A stretch of DNA of 64,000 nt from Lingula anatina. Lineage: Eukaryota > Animalia > Brachiopoda. Positions 53,028 to 64,000 of the stretch are shown here, piece by piece (within the stretch, counting starts at the first letter, position 1; every line of letters begins with the position of its first letter). A program made the translations under genes and the position numbers. The stretch is taken from assembly GCA_051362555.1 (NCBI GenBank), contig CM120645.1, forward strand, positions 14,198,001-14,262,000. The letters are read 5' to 3'. The notes under the pieces are model-generated. The model ran no database searches and was not told the origin of the DNA. It worked only from the letters and a program-made list of their open reading frames with translations.

Positions 53028-54518
53028 ATCAGTTTTACTACTTGGTTCAAGTTAGCAGGTCATATATTTTTGGTGATTTCTCATAGGAAACAAGCTGCCA
53101 AAATAGGTATGCCAACTGCTAAAATAAGTCCTTGACAACAGCTTACTTATATATGTATATTCTGTCACGGTAGGCCCCAGTTATTTAATATATTTGTAAA
53201 ATGGGGCCATGATTTATTGTTAGATCAGTTTTACTTCTTGGTTCAAGTTAGCAGGTCATATATTTTTGGTGTTTTGTCATAGGAAACAAGCTGCCAAAAT
53301 AGGTATGCCACCTGCTAAAATAAGTCCTTGACAACAGCTTACTTATATATGTATATTCTGTCACGGTAGGCCCCAGTTATTTATATATTTGTAAAATGGG
53401 GCCATGATTTATTGTTAGATCAGTTTTACTTCTTGGTTCAAGTTAGCAGGTCATATTTTTTTGGTGTTTTGTCATAGGAAAAAAGCTGCCAAAATAGGTA
53501 TGCCACCTGCTAAAATAAGTCCTTGACAACAGCTTACTTATATATGTATATTCTGTCACGGTAGGCCCCAGTTATTTAATATATTTGTAAAATGGGGCCA
53601 TGATTTATTGTTAGATCAGTTTTACTTCTTGGTTCAAGTTAGCAGGTCATATATTTTTGGTGTTTTGTCATAGGAAAAAAGCTGCCAAAATAGGTATGCC
53701 ACCTGCTAAAATAAGTCCTTGACAACAGCTTACTTATATATGTATAATCTGTCACGGTAGGCCCCAGTTATTTAACATATTTGTAAAATGTGGCCATGAT
53801 TTATTGTTAGATCAGTTTTACTTCTTGGTTCAAGTTAGCAGGTCATATATTTTTGGTGATTTCTCATAGGAAAAAAGCTGCCAAAATAGGTATGCCACCT
53901 GCTAAAATAAGTCCTTGACAACAGCTTACTTATATATGTATATTCTGTCACGGTAGGCCCCAGTTATTTAATATATTTGTAAAATGGGGCCATGATTTAT
54001 TGTTAGATCAGTTTTACTTCTTGGTTCAAGTTAGCAGGTCATATATTTTTGGTGTTTTGTCATAGGAAACAAGCTGCCAAAATAGGTATGCCACCTGCTA
54101 AAATAAGTCCTTGACAACAGCTTACTTATATATGTATATTCTGTCACAGTAGGCCCCAGTTATTTAATATATTTGTAAAATGGGGCCATGATTTATTGTT
54201 AGATCAGTTTTACTTCTTGGTTCAAGTTAGCAGGTCATATATTTTTGGTGTTTTGTCATAGGAAAAAAGCTGCCAAAATAGGTATGCCACCTGCTAAAAT
54301 AAGTCCTTGACAACAGCTTACTTATATATGTATATTCTGTCACGGTAGGCCCCAGTTATTTAATATATTTGTAAAATGGGGCCATGATTTATTGTTAGAT
54401 CAGTTTTACTTCTTGGTTCAAGTTAGCAGGTCATATATTTTTGGTGTTTTGTCATAGGAAAAAAGCTGCCAAAATAGGTATGCCACCTGCTAAAATAAGT
54501 CCTTGACAACAGCTTACT
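53028..54518. repeat. Tandem repeat, ~196-bp unit, about 7.5 copies
   Basis: AAGCTGCCAAAATAGGTATGCC recurs at ~53092, 53288, 53483, 53679, 53875, 54071, 54267, 54463. Confidence 0.97.
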
Positions 54519-55093
54519 AATTTTTGTGTTGTCCGTCATGATAGATCTTTGTTGTGTATTATTTATGTAAAATATGTTAATAAATAATATCAGGTCAAAA
54601 TTACTGCTATGTTAGTCAAGAACTATGTCAATGTTAAATATAGAAAATTCCAAAATTGAAGAAATGACTGATTTACAAAGATTTATTGTGAAACAAAATT
54701 CCTTGGCTCAGTTAAAGAAACAATGTCTATACATAAAAAGTAGTTGCTTAGGAACAGATTGTCATTAACAGTTAAATTGAACAAACAGGTGACATCCAAG
54801 TAATATCAAACAAATTTGAAAACCTATTGCCTTTCCCAGCTGCTAGTGTAAAGCAAGATCAATGGAAATGCTTCAGTCCTTTGGGTTGAAACCAGTGGTC
54901 TGTTGTTTCCAGTCTGTTTATGCCGCCTTGGTACAGAGTGATCAATCTTAAAAGATTACTGAACAGCAGTGCTCATACAGTTTGTATTCAACACCTCTAA
55001 CATAATGTCCACAATATCCTCTGTACTGGCACAATTACAAAGATAATATTCAAATCATTTACATAAATAAATTCCTTTTGACAATTTCATTTT

Positions 55094-55333
55094 GACTAGG
55101 TTTCCATACTTAGATTGATCTGGATCAACCTAACTTCATGGGGAGTCACACTAAATTGCTATCAGCTCAAGAGGCTTAAATGTCTGTCACGCCTACCAAA
55201 TCAGCTAGGGTAAAGATATTTACCCCTAACAGCTTTACTAGGCCTGACAGACATTTAGGCCAGTTAAGTTGGTTGCAATTTAGTGAGACTGCCCAGGGAG
55301 ATAGATTCGTCCAAAAATATATGCAAATGGTCT
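55094..55333 (+). mobile_element. MITE family member nested in Ginger1
   Basis: Similar to 51807-52053. Confidence 0.7.
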
Positions 55334-56015
55334 ATTTATCTAGGTCACAAATATATATTAGCCTGTGCTGAATTGAATATATATTCAGCAATTGTAACAT
55401 TTAAAATATATGTTAAACCTCTTGTCGAGCAGGTATAAAATAGATATTGGAACCACATTGCAAATTGTCTAACGCACATACTACTGTTCAGATGACATCT
55501 TACAAAGAGAATCTATACATGTCAAATTCCAGATATTTGGCTTTAAAACATCCCAATGAACATTATTTTCAAGGTAAAGATTAATTACTTTGGTTTTTAG
55601 TTCTAAATAAAATATTGTAAATTAAACTATTTTCACACTAGACATACATTTATTATAATTCAAATATCAATACAGCTTTGTGATTCCTAGATTGAGAGTT
55701 GGAGCTGTGTTGGACCCATAGTCACAATTTTAACTTTGCTTACAAGGCAAAAGTAATATCTGAACTGAAGGTTCAGAAATAAATTTAAAGCTACAGTTGA
55801 ACACAACTAAAATATCTTAATCACATAAGAGCATGGTATTGATCATTAAAACCTCAAAGTAACATTTTCAGTATATGCCCCTTAAAACTAATTGCAATCA
55901 ATATTTGCATAGGTCTTGAGATAAAAAGAGCACATTTGAGTCAATATTACAATTAAAAAAATTCTATAATTATTAAAAACCTCAAGAGTTAATCAACCCA
56001 TCAAATTTACCATTG

Positions 56016-56082
56016 CCCCGTTAGCCAGCCGAACTGATTACCACCTCCTACGACGTGGACGAGGGGTTGGATTTTAGGAGGC
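56016..56082 (-). ncRNA. Candidate HDV-like self-cleaving ribozyme
   Basis: Hand-folded: P1 GCCUCCU/AGGAGGU, P2 CCCC/GGGG, P3 (U)CG/CG(U), L3 UCCACGU, P1.1 CC/GG, P4 UCAG/CUGG, J4/2 CUAA. Confidence 0.65.
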
Positions 56083-56097
56083 ACAAGGGTTATCTGT

Positions 56098-56719
56098 TAG
56101 GGTTTTCCTTCCCTTAGACGATTGCTAAATAGCTAACGAGCTCCATCTGCCCGGATGGAAACTAACGAGCTCCACCTGCCCGGGTTTTGCCAGTCAGGGT
56201 TTTCCTTCCCTTCGTCAGTATGATGGAAACTTACGAGCTCCACCTGCCCGGGTTTTGCCAGTCAGGGTTTTCCTTCCCTTTGTCAGCATGATGGAAACTT
56301 ACGAGCTCCACCTGCCCGGGTTTTGCCAGTCAGGGTTTTCCTTCCCTTCGTCAGTATGATGGAAACTTACGAGCTCCACCTGCCCGGGTTTTGCCAGTCA
56401 GGGTTTTCCTTCCCTTTGTCAGCATGATGGAAACTTACGAGCTCCACCTGCCCGGGTTTTGCCAGTCAGGGTTTTCCTTCCCTTCGTCAGTATGATGGAA
56501 ACTTACGAGCTCCACCTGCCCGGGTTTTGCCAGTCAGGGTTTTCCTTCCCTTTGTCAGCATGATGGAAACTTACGAGCTCCACCTGCCCGGGTTTTGCCA
56601 GTCAGGGTTTTCCTTCCCTTTGTCAGCATGATGGAAACTTACGAGCTCCACCTGCCCGGGTTTTACCTGTCAGGGTTTTCCTTCCCTTCATCTGCATGAT
56701 GGAAACTTACGAGCTTACC
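56098..56719. repeat. GC-rich minisatellite, 68-bp unit, about 9 copies
   Basis: GATGGAAAC recurs at 56154, 56222, 56290, 56358, 56426, 56494, 56562, 56630, 56698. Confidence 0.97.
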
Positions 56720-59700
56720 CTAACAGCAGTTGCGACACTCCCAACGTGACTGTTGCAGATTCTCCAGGGCAGATGGCTGGATCCCTTCACATTTCACATG
56801 GAACCATTGCAGGCAGTCGTCACATTCGATCCAGTTTTGGTGTTTGTCGTAGATCTGCCTACAATGACAATATATAGGAAATTTAGAAAATTTTGCTCTT
56901 GTATGGTGGCGGTTCTCTGATCTATATGGGAACATTTCCAGCTTTCCCCTTTCAAAACACCTGCTGAGATGTTCCCTCATCGCCCTTTGCTCCCAAATGA
57001 AGTCCTCAGGTCTTGTTCCAAAGCACAGAGCAGTTGCATTAGCAATGGCAAAAAGACCACAGTCATTTCCGCCAGTTTGCTCCTGAACGTCTATATGCTC
57101 CAAAACAATTTCCTTGGATGGAGCAAAAAGCAATGAGGCAACAATCTCAGCAATCTTACCATTAAGTCTGGGGCTTGGTCTGGAATCATACACCTGTACA
57201 CAATTGCTACTTTTGCTATTGATGTTGGAGAGAGTAAGCCAATGGGAGTTAAGATTAACTATTTGCACAAATGACGAAGTGGGTGTGGATAAGAAATCTT
57301 TAACAAACTCTAGGGCACAAGTACCATGAAAGCCCTCTACCTTTGGAAACATATCTGACAAAATTCCATGTGCTAAGTCTATTTCATCACTAGTCAACCA
57401 GGCATGTCTTTGACTTAATATTGTTTTAGAAGAAATGTCATACCTACTGCATGAAAGGTTTTTTCTCCGCTTAAGTGACAAGGAAGGGACCTTACCTTTT
57501 CTTTTCATACCTACCCGTCCCTCACCATTGAGGGCCTTACAATCATCCTCCTCAGTCCTATCTACAAATGCAAATCAAAACATTGAAATGAGCAACCCCA
57601 TAAAAATACTGAATAATACAAATAACTATTCATTTACATTAGCAAAACCAAAAGTATTTAACTTGTATTGCCAATTACATAAGTGTTTATCTCATACTTA
57701 ACCTATTCAGGAATTGGATAATATTTTTATAATATTAAAGCTTTGCCACAGATTACTTCTTTATTTTGGTTTATTTGTTTGGCTTTTATTCCCTTAACTC
57801 ATTATCAGGTGAGGTCAATGCCATACTGGCTCTTAAATAGTTTTACCAAACATTTCAGTGAAGCCAGCGCTCAACAAGACCAGCAAAACTGCAATTTTAA
57901 GGAGAAAATTGGTTTCAACGGGGACCACTGTTCATAAATCAGGTGCCTTTTTACAAACCTCCTGTGTCCTCTGCCCCAGCACCTGTGTCCTCAGTTCCCA
58001 CTGGTTCCTGGTCAGCACGGGGCTCAGCTGAAAAAAAAAGTAAGAATATCAAAAAAAAAAAAAAACTTTTTCCCCTAGGACCTTGTTGTTCTGAAGAGAA
58101 AAAAAATGCTCAATACAGCATAGAACAATGCAATTGATCTAACAAATAGCTATATTGTTTAGTGGTTGCCTGGTGCTTAATAAAGGATACTGACTTATGT
58201 CAGCATAGGTATGAAGGTAACTGTTTTAACACAACTCTTTTCACAGTCATTGTCAAAAAGGAGTCATAAGTGGTCATAAATCTGTTATATTGACATAAAT
58301 TTAGTATCTTTCACAGACATCAATAATTTCAAAATATTAACAGACCTCAAATCAGTTCATTCTGGATCCATCTACTATCTACAAGATCATCAAAATCTTT
58401 AATACAAACCTGTTGGGTCTTCTGCCCTTACTCCGGAGTCCTCTTGGTCAGCTGTGGCCTGGGCTGAAAAAAAAAACAACAGATTAGTGTATATGACAAC
58501 AATATATTTCACTTTACTGGAGCTTTGAAATTCACGTTTTTGCAGTCAGATCCTTATTATGAAAATATGTAAACAGTTAATTTGTTGTACATGACTTCAT
58601 AAATATCTAAAGGCAATATGCACCCAAAGTCTTCATGGCACTTTAGGTGCATATTGCCTATTCACTACACGAAGACAAAATCCAAATACAAAACCTCAAA
58701 TCAAAACCAATTTACTTTTGAAAAAATGTGCTGATCCTAAAAGAAATGAATGGTTTTAATCATAAAATTTGAGAGATTTTAAAAATCACTAATGCTCATT
58801 ATCAAGATGCTTTAATACAAACCTGATGGGTTCTCAGTCCTCACTGGGTCCTCTTGGCCAGCTTGGGCCTGGACTGAAAAGAAACAGACAAATAAGCATA
58901 ACCAAAAACCTTTTTCTCTTAGGGACCAATGTTTACTGAAAATGTTCCTCACAGAAAAGAAATATACATTTACTAAGAAACAATTAACAATGTGTTGCCA
59001 TATAATTCGGTGCCATGTTTTCTATTTACAAATTCTATCTACAGAATAGCAATTATACAAGCAGAAATGTAGCCTGTTACTTAAACTACATCACCAAAGT
59101 TAGCCTAGCATATGATCATGCATTAATGGAATGAGTAACTAACCTTCTCGGTAAGGTTTCAAATGAATATAAGCCACTTTGGTTTTCAGCTCTTTCCCTT
59201 CCAAAGTCTCCAAAGTCACATTCTGTCTCTGGTCTATGCTTTTTACTCTAAAAGTAATATTATGAGAAATTTATCCAAACAAGCGGCCGTGGTACTATAG
59301 AGCTTTAATATTGCATATTTTGACATGCTGAATTTCTAGCTACATTACATTTGCCCCCACTCCCAATATAGGACCTATAAAATTTGCATCTTAAAGCCAA
59401 AATTATGAGATAACAATATAATATATATATAAATCTAACTTTAAAATCATTTACAGTACTGAAAATTGTTGTTCACCCTAGGAAAATCTGCTTTTTTCAT
59501 CAAAAGAAACAGTTGCTCTTCCTTTGAATTTTATTTTAATTAAAATTGTGTAAAATGTGACAAACATGTATGCATAGAATAAGTGAACAAGTGAATTATG
59601 ATTTACCTGTATGGTCCAATCCAATCAGTCTCAAGCTTTGCACCTTTCCGCCCAACTTTATGAAAGTTTTTCTTCAGAACTTTCATTCCTTTTTCGAAGT

Positions 59701-62700
59701 GAAAGACTACCACATTTTTCCCTTTTTTGGCCTCATACTGTTTCTTGTATTTAGCTTGTGCCTTTTCTACTTTCTCCATGTACTGAAAATAATGGTTTAT
59801 AGAAATTGTATTCAATAAGGTAATACTATGGTTCGGTATTAATAGAAGCAGAATTTAGAATTTTGCTGCATAAACGTAAACCATGTACAAAGCCAGCAGG
59901 ATAAATGAAACTAGATGCAGAATACTGCAGCTGCTGCCATCACTATTATTTTTACAAATATTCTCAATGTTGCAATATTTTTATGAACAGATTACGTGTG
60001 ACATCTTTTCTTTTCATAAACTTGTTTGAAACCAAATATTGCTCAATATAAGGGGCTACTCTTTAATCTTTCATGAACTAAAAAGTCCCACATGCATACC
60101 TTAGAGTGTAACTCAGTAAGTTCCTGGTGTTGGGATTCCATGTGCACATTATAGTCTTCTTTGCTTGGCATTGTCATTTCCTTCTCAGTATCCACCAACT
60201 GCAAATCAGATATTAATGGATATCAATCATGTTTATCAATTAATTTAAATCTTAAGGTGACAATACACTGATTATTGTTTTGGTGAAATACAAGAATTTC
60301 ACTTGTACATACATACCACAGGGCTGATATCAAAACGAAAACATTGCAGGGACTGATACAATCATTGAGATGGAGTGACTGCCCATGCGGAAGATGGGCA
60401 GGAAATCAGCCAACTACTCACAGATGACCATTGACCCATGTCTCTGTCAATATATACGCAACCACAAACCATTCATGTAAATAAATAGTTGGACAGTGAC
60501 AGCAATTAGGCAGTAAATGTGGGGAAGTGTTCTATTCAAAAGTAGGGGGTTTGGAAGGGTCTTGGGTTGTTAATATTTTTTCATAGCATGATTTGCACAA
60601 AGCTCTAGCCTTAGTCTACTCAAATAGTTTTTGGAACCAGTGCTCACAAGGACAGTGACGTCCTTGCACAATGCTAATGTATGCATACTATTTACCTCGC
60701 ATGGCAGCCGAGCCTCCCTGTGGAACATAAGGAAAAAAGGCGAGTATCCCGTGGCGCAGTGTGGTGCTATCCGGTAGGCGAAAGTCACTGGCTCCAAATA
60801 TCGTTCCCAATCATCTTGTCGCTCACTTATGACTTTGGATAGTGATGCCTTCAATGTTTGATTAAAACGCTCGTCTAACCCATTAGTCTGAGGGTGGTAT
60901 GCGGCAGTGATTTTATGCTTAATACCCCACTCCTTGAGAAGGTCGTCTACCAGCTACAGAAAAATATTTTAAGTAAAAATGGGTATTTATGTATTTGGGC
61001 AATTCAATTTTTGCATTGGGCGATGTTAGGCTTATCTTTCCAAATACCTCATTTCATTGATGTATTAAACAGTTAACATTAACAATAAAAAATGGTTATA
61101 TTTGAGAAGAATAGGCTTTCAATATTACATATGCTTTAACAGACATGCCAACAAGATTGAAGCCAATGTTCACCCTATAACCTTAAACATTTTTGGCATA
61201 ACATCGTCAGTGATAGTATCCTTTCCATTTCCCAATCTATGCTAAAGACTTTAAAATATTGCAAAGACATTTACCTCATTACAAAATTCCGACCCCTGGT
61301 CAGTTAGTAGTTTTTCTGGGGCTCCCATTCTGAGAAAATAAAAAAAACATCACTTTAACTTAAGCATATAAATATGTGTTAAACAACAAACGTGAAGTGT
61401 CTAGAGACATGTTTGACAGATATTAAAGGGATAATGACTCTTTGTATGATATCTATATTTCACAATAAAAACATTGGGAACAACTCAAAGAAATATAATA
61501 AATTCTGTTTTAACACAAAAACGGCAGTTATAGCTATTATTCTGATATCTAAGCTTGTTTTCAGATCACGTGACCTTCACTGATAACTGTGATCAGTTAA
61601 GAGATTTTAACAAAAAACCAAACTTTTAAGAAAAAAAGGGGACTAACTTTGAATGAAAAAATTGATTCATTGACCTTTGGTAAGTATGGAAAAATTGTTG
61701 TTTACTCAAGGAAAATTTTTTGGCCAAAAGGAAGAGTTAATATCCCTTTAAGTTAATACCACCTATTAAACTTATTTTGTTTATTACTATCTTTACTACC
61801 TTCCACAGATTTCCAGTCCATGAACCAAATATGTGATTCATATATTTAATATGTTTTGGCATTTCAACTTAACAATGTAACATATGCACAAAGCTATTTA
61901 ATTTTAAAAAGCATGTGTTATTTATGCTAAAGTGAACAGACACTTGTCACTTGCAAGAATGTCAATAGCATAGTGATACAAATTACTGTTAAATATATAG
62001 ACTTTCAACTGAATAAAATTTCACTTACAACTATAAGTGTATTTTAATTAAAATGATTTACTGATTTCACATTTAATCTCCCAGATTACATTTTGGTGAA
62101 ATGAACATACCTGTAAAATATAGAAGAAAGAACCTTGGCCACACTTGCTGCATCCTTTGAAGGAATTGGGTATGTTTCTGTCCACTTTGTATAGTAGTCA
62201 GACATGGTGAGGACATACCTATTGCCATTCTCAGACAATGGCAGAGGGCCTATTAGGTCAATGCCAACCATCTCCCATTTCCCAACAACCTTTATCGGCT
62301 GCAAGACTGGCGCCTCTGTTCTTATTTTCTCTGAATACTGACATTTGTCGCACATTTTTATCTGCAAAATGCAATAAAATGCACATATATTACAAATAAT
62401 GAATTGGTGGCTCATGCCAATCAAATTGGAATAATCAATCTTGTAGGACATCTTGTTAGAGAGGTTGGCAAACCAATTAGAATCGAAATCCAACAAATAG
62501 AAAGGTTGTCTTTAGGTTACATTTGCACATTTTGCTTTAGTATTTTTTCACCCAACACACCACTTGTGTTAAATTAATTTTATGTTACAAATTCAAATCA
62601 TATAAACTCTTTTTCTCCCTTTCCAAACAAGACCAAGGTCTAAAAAAGTGTTACCCAAAATCACCAATACTTCTTTTATAAAGATCAATCTACATACCCA

Positions 62701-63575
62701 ATTGTTGATGCATGTAACCATGCTTCTCCAATAAAAACGGCTCTCTATTTTCCCCAGGGTCTTCTTCTGCCCAAAATGGCCTCCCATTGGAGAATCGTGA
62801 CATTCGCGAAAGATGTCCTTCTTTTTTTCATCATCAAACACTACTAGTCTCTTTCCACCATTCTTGATGTAATACATATCTGACCCTGAAAATAAAGAAA
62901 AAAACAATTCTACTATTAACAAGATAACTGAAGATTTTTGGTCTAAAAAAATACCAACTTGAAATGGTACACATTTGTCAATACCAGTACTTTGTGGATA
63001 AACAGAAAACAGAAACTATGGGATATACGAGCAAACAAGCTGCTATGATGAACCTTTTCATCAGAAATACATGTTTCTGTTTCATGTTCAGAAATGGAAA
63101 TTGCCTTAATTGGACACCAAATGCATAGTGAACATGCAACAAAACGCACCAGTTACAAAAAAGTTTCAGACATGGCTGATGTTGTATGAAGTTTGTTTTA
63201 ACTGCAAAGTTTACTAGCTATAAATTTTAGATTTCATAGATTAATATTATATTATATTTCAATGTACTTTTTTCAATTTCTCACAGATTTTAATTCATTT
63301 CATACCACAGGCTAAACTTTTTAATGTTAAGGAATTAGGTCATGCTTATAACATATCAAAATAACAGAACAGGTATTCCAAAAGAAAGTTACATTTGCAT
63401 ATTAAACCACAATTCATACAAGTGAAAAAAACTTCACCCTCTTACCTTCGCATATAAAATTCTTGGCCATCCTTCTAACTGATGCCTTGTGGTTGGCACT
63501 CCAAGTAGCATCTCCTTTCCTCTCCTGTAGATATTGAAACACATCCTCTAGATCAACTAAGCTGCGTTCTGCCAT
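56720..63575 (-). CDS. Ginger1 transposase, 12 coding exons: 63446-63575, 62698-62885, 62111-62361, 61275-61329, 60696-60953, 60100-60198, 59607-59782, 59144-59247, 58823-58873, 58410-58463, 57959-58027, 56720-57561
   Basis: CHDSPMGGHFG/CDKC zinc finger, GIDLIGP, TDQGSEF, YHPQTNGLDER, WIGPY; Ulp1-like HW...VYDS...QTGGNDCG; PHD (CHC..CDDC..WFH..C..C..C); junctions checked in frame, no stops found. Confidence 0.92.
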
Positions 63576-64000
63576 GACTGAAAGTAGTATGAGTAACAAG
63601 AACTCTGTAAAACAGATTCTGGTAAAATCCAACACTGCTGAAGACAGTAGGTGAATTAGTGTCAAGAAGTCTCAAAATGCACTCCTTTTATACAGACTGA
63701 GAGCAGGTCTTTCATCTGATAAAAATGATTGACAGTCACTGGAGATAGCTAGGGCATAATTACAAGTAACTGAACTTCACCACTTCAACTGGACAATGCA
63801 AGAAGCCATTCAATCTTGCTTATCATCATCTAAAGATATCCTTTAAAATCACCTGGTAAATATCACCTGGATTTGATGAAAAAAGTGAACTGAATTAAAG
63901 AATCAATCAGGAAATTAGAATAGACATTAAATGTCATGCAAATATGAACTTTTTCCTTTAACACAAATCAATCAAACAAGAATATGTAATAAGGGTGATG

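Larger units (their letters stand above)
52648..64000 (-). mobile_element. Ginger1 DNA transposon (other end outside the window)
   Basis: CCGG target then TGT terminus with repeated TGCCAAAATAGGTACGC motifs; intron-containing Gypsy-like integrase with Ulp1 and PHD domains, which is the described Ginger1 architecture. Confidence 0.9.

Noticed and set aside
53028-56719. Tandem arrays as CRISPR-like loci
   Set aside because: Eukaryotic context, no unique spacers, no cas genes
56154-56719. 68-bp unit as a hammerhead ribozyme (CUGACGA plus stem on the minus strand)
   Set aside because: Stem II is followed by GAC rather than GAAA, about half the units read CUGACAA, and stems I/III are not evident
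56720-63575. Domesticated host gene (GIN1-like) instead of a transposon
   Set aside because: The CCGG-TGT terminus and insertion directly before the ATP6AP1 ATG indicate a mobile Ginger1, although the second TIR is not visible here

Overview
AT-rich, intron-containing animal (invertebrate-like) genomic DNA. From left to right: (1) an apparently intact, very young Ty3/Gypsy LTR retroelement on the minus strand (<1-9548). It has gag, an in-frame pol behind a single UGA, a chromodomain integrase and an F-type env with a matching splice donor/acceptor pair. (2) A tandem array of three paralogous plus-strand genes for small secreted single-VWD-domain proteins: copy A exon 3 at 10048, copy B at 15780-34816, copy C at 39890-42351. 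(3) A ~17.6 kb insertion in intron 1 of copy B. It carries same-strand, phase-compatible astacin metalloprotease and SUEL-lectin exons, plus a decayed L1/Tx1 LINE, and could create a signal peptide-astacin-lectin-VWD chimera. (4) The 9-exon V-ATPase accessory subunit gene ATP6AP1 (minus strand), with a piggyBac-type non-autonomous element in its last intron. (5) A Ginger1 DNA transposon inserted 11 bp upstream of the first in-frame ATP6AP1 ATG. It has an intact 12-exon integrase-Ulp1-PHD transposase, a ~196-bp subterminal satellite, a 68-bp minisatellite and a candidate HDV-like ribozyme in the transposase 3' UTR. Exon boundaries and reading frames were worked out by hand; family assignments rest on motifs, not on database searches.
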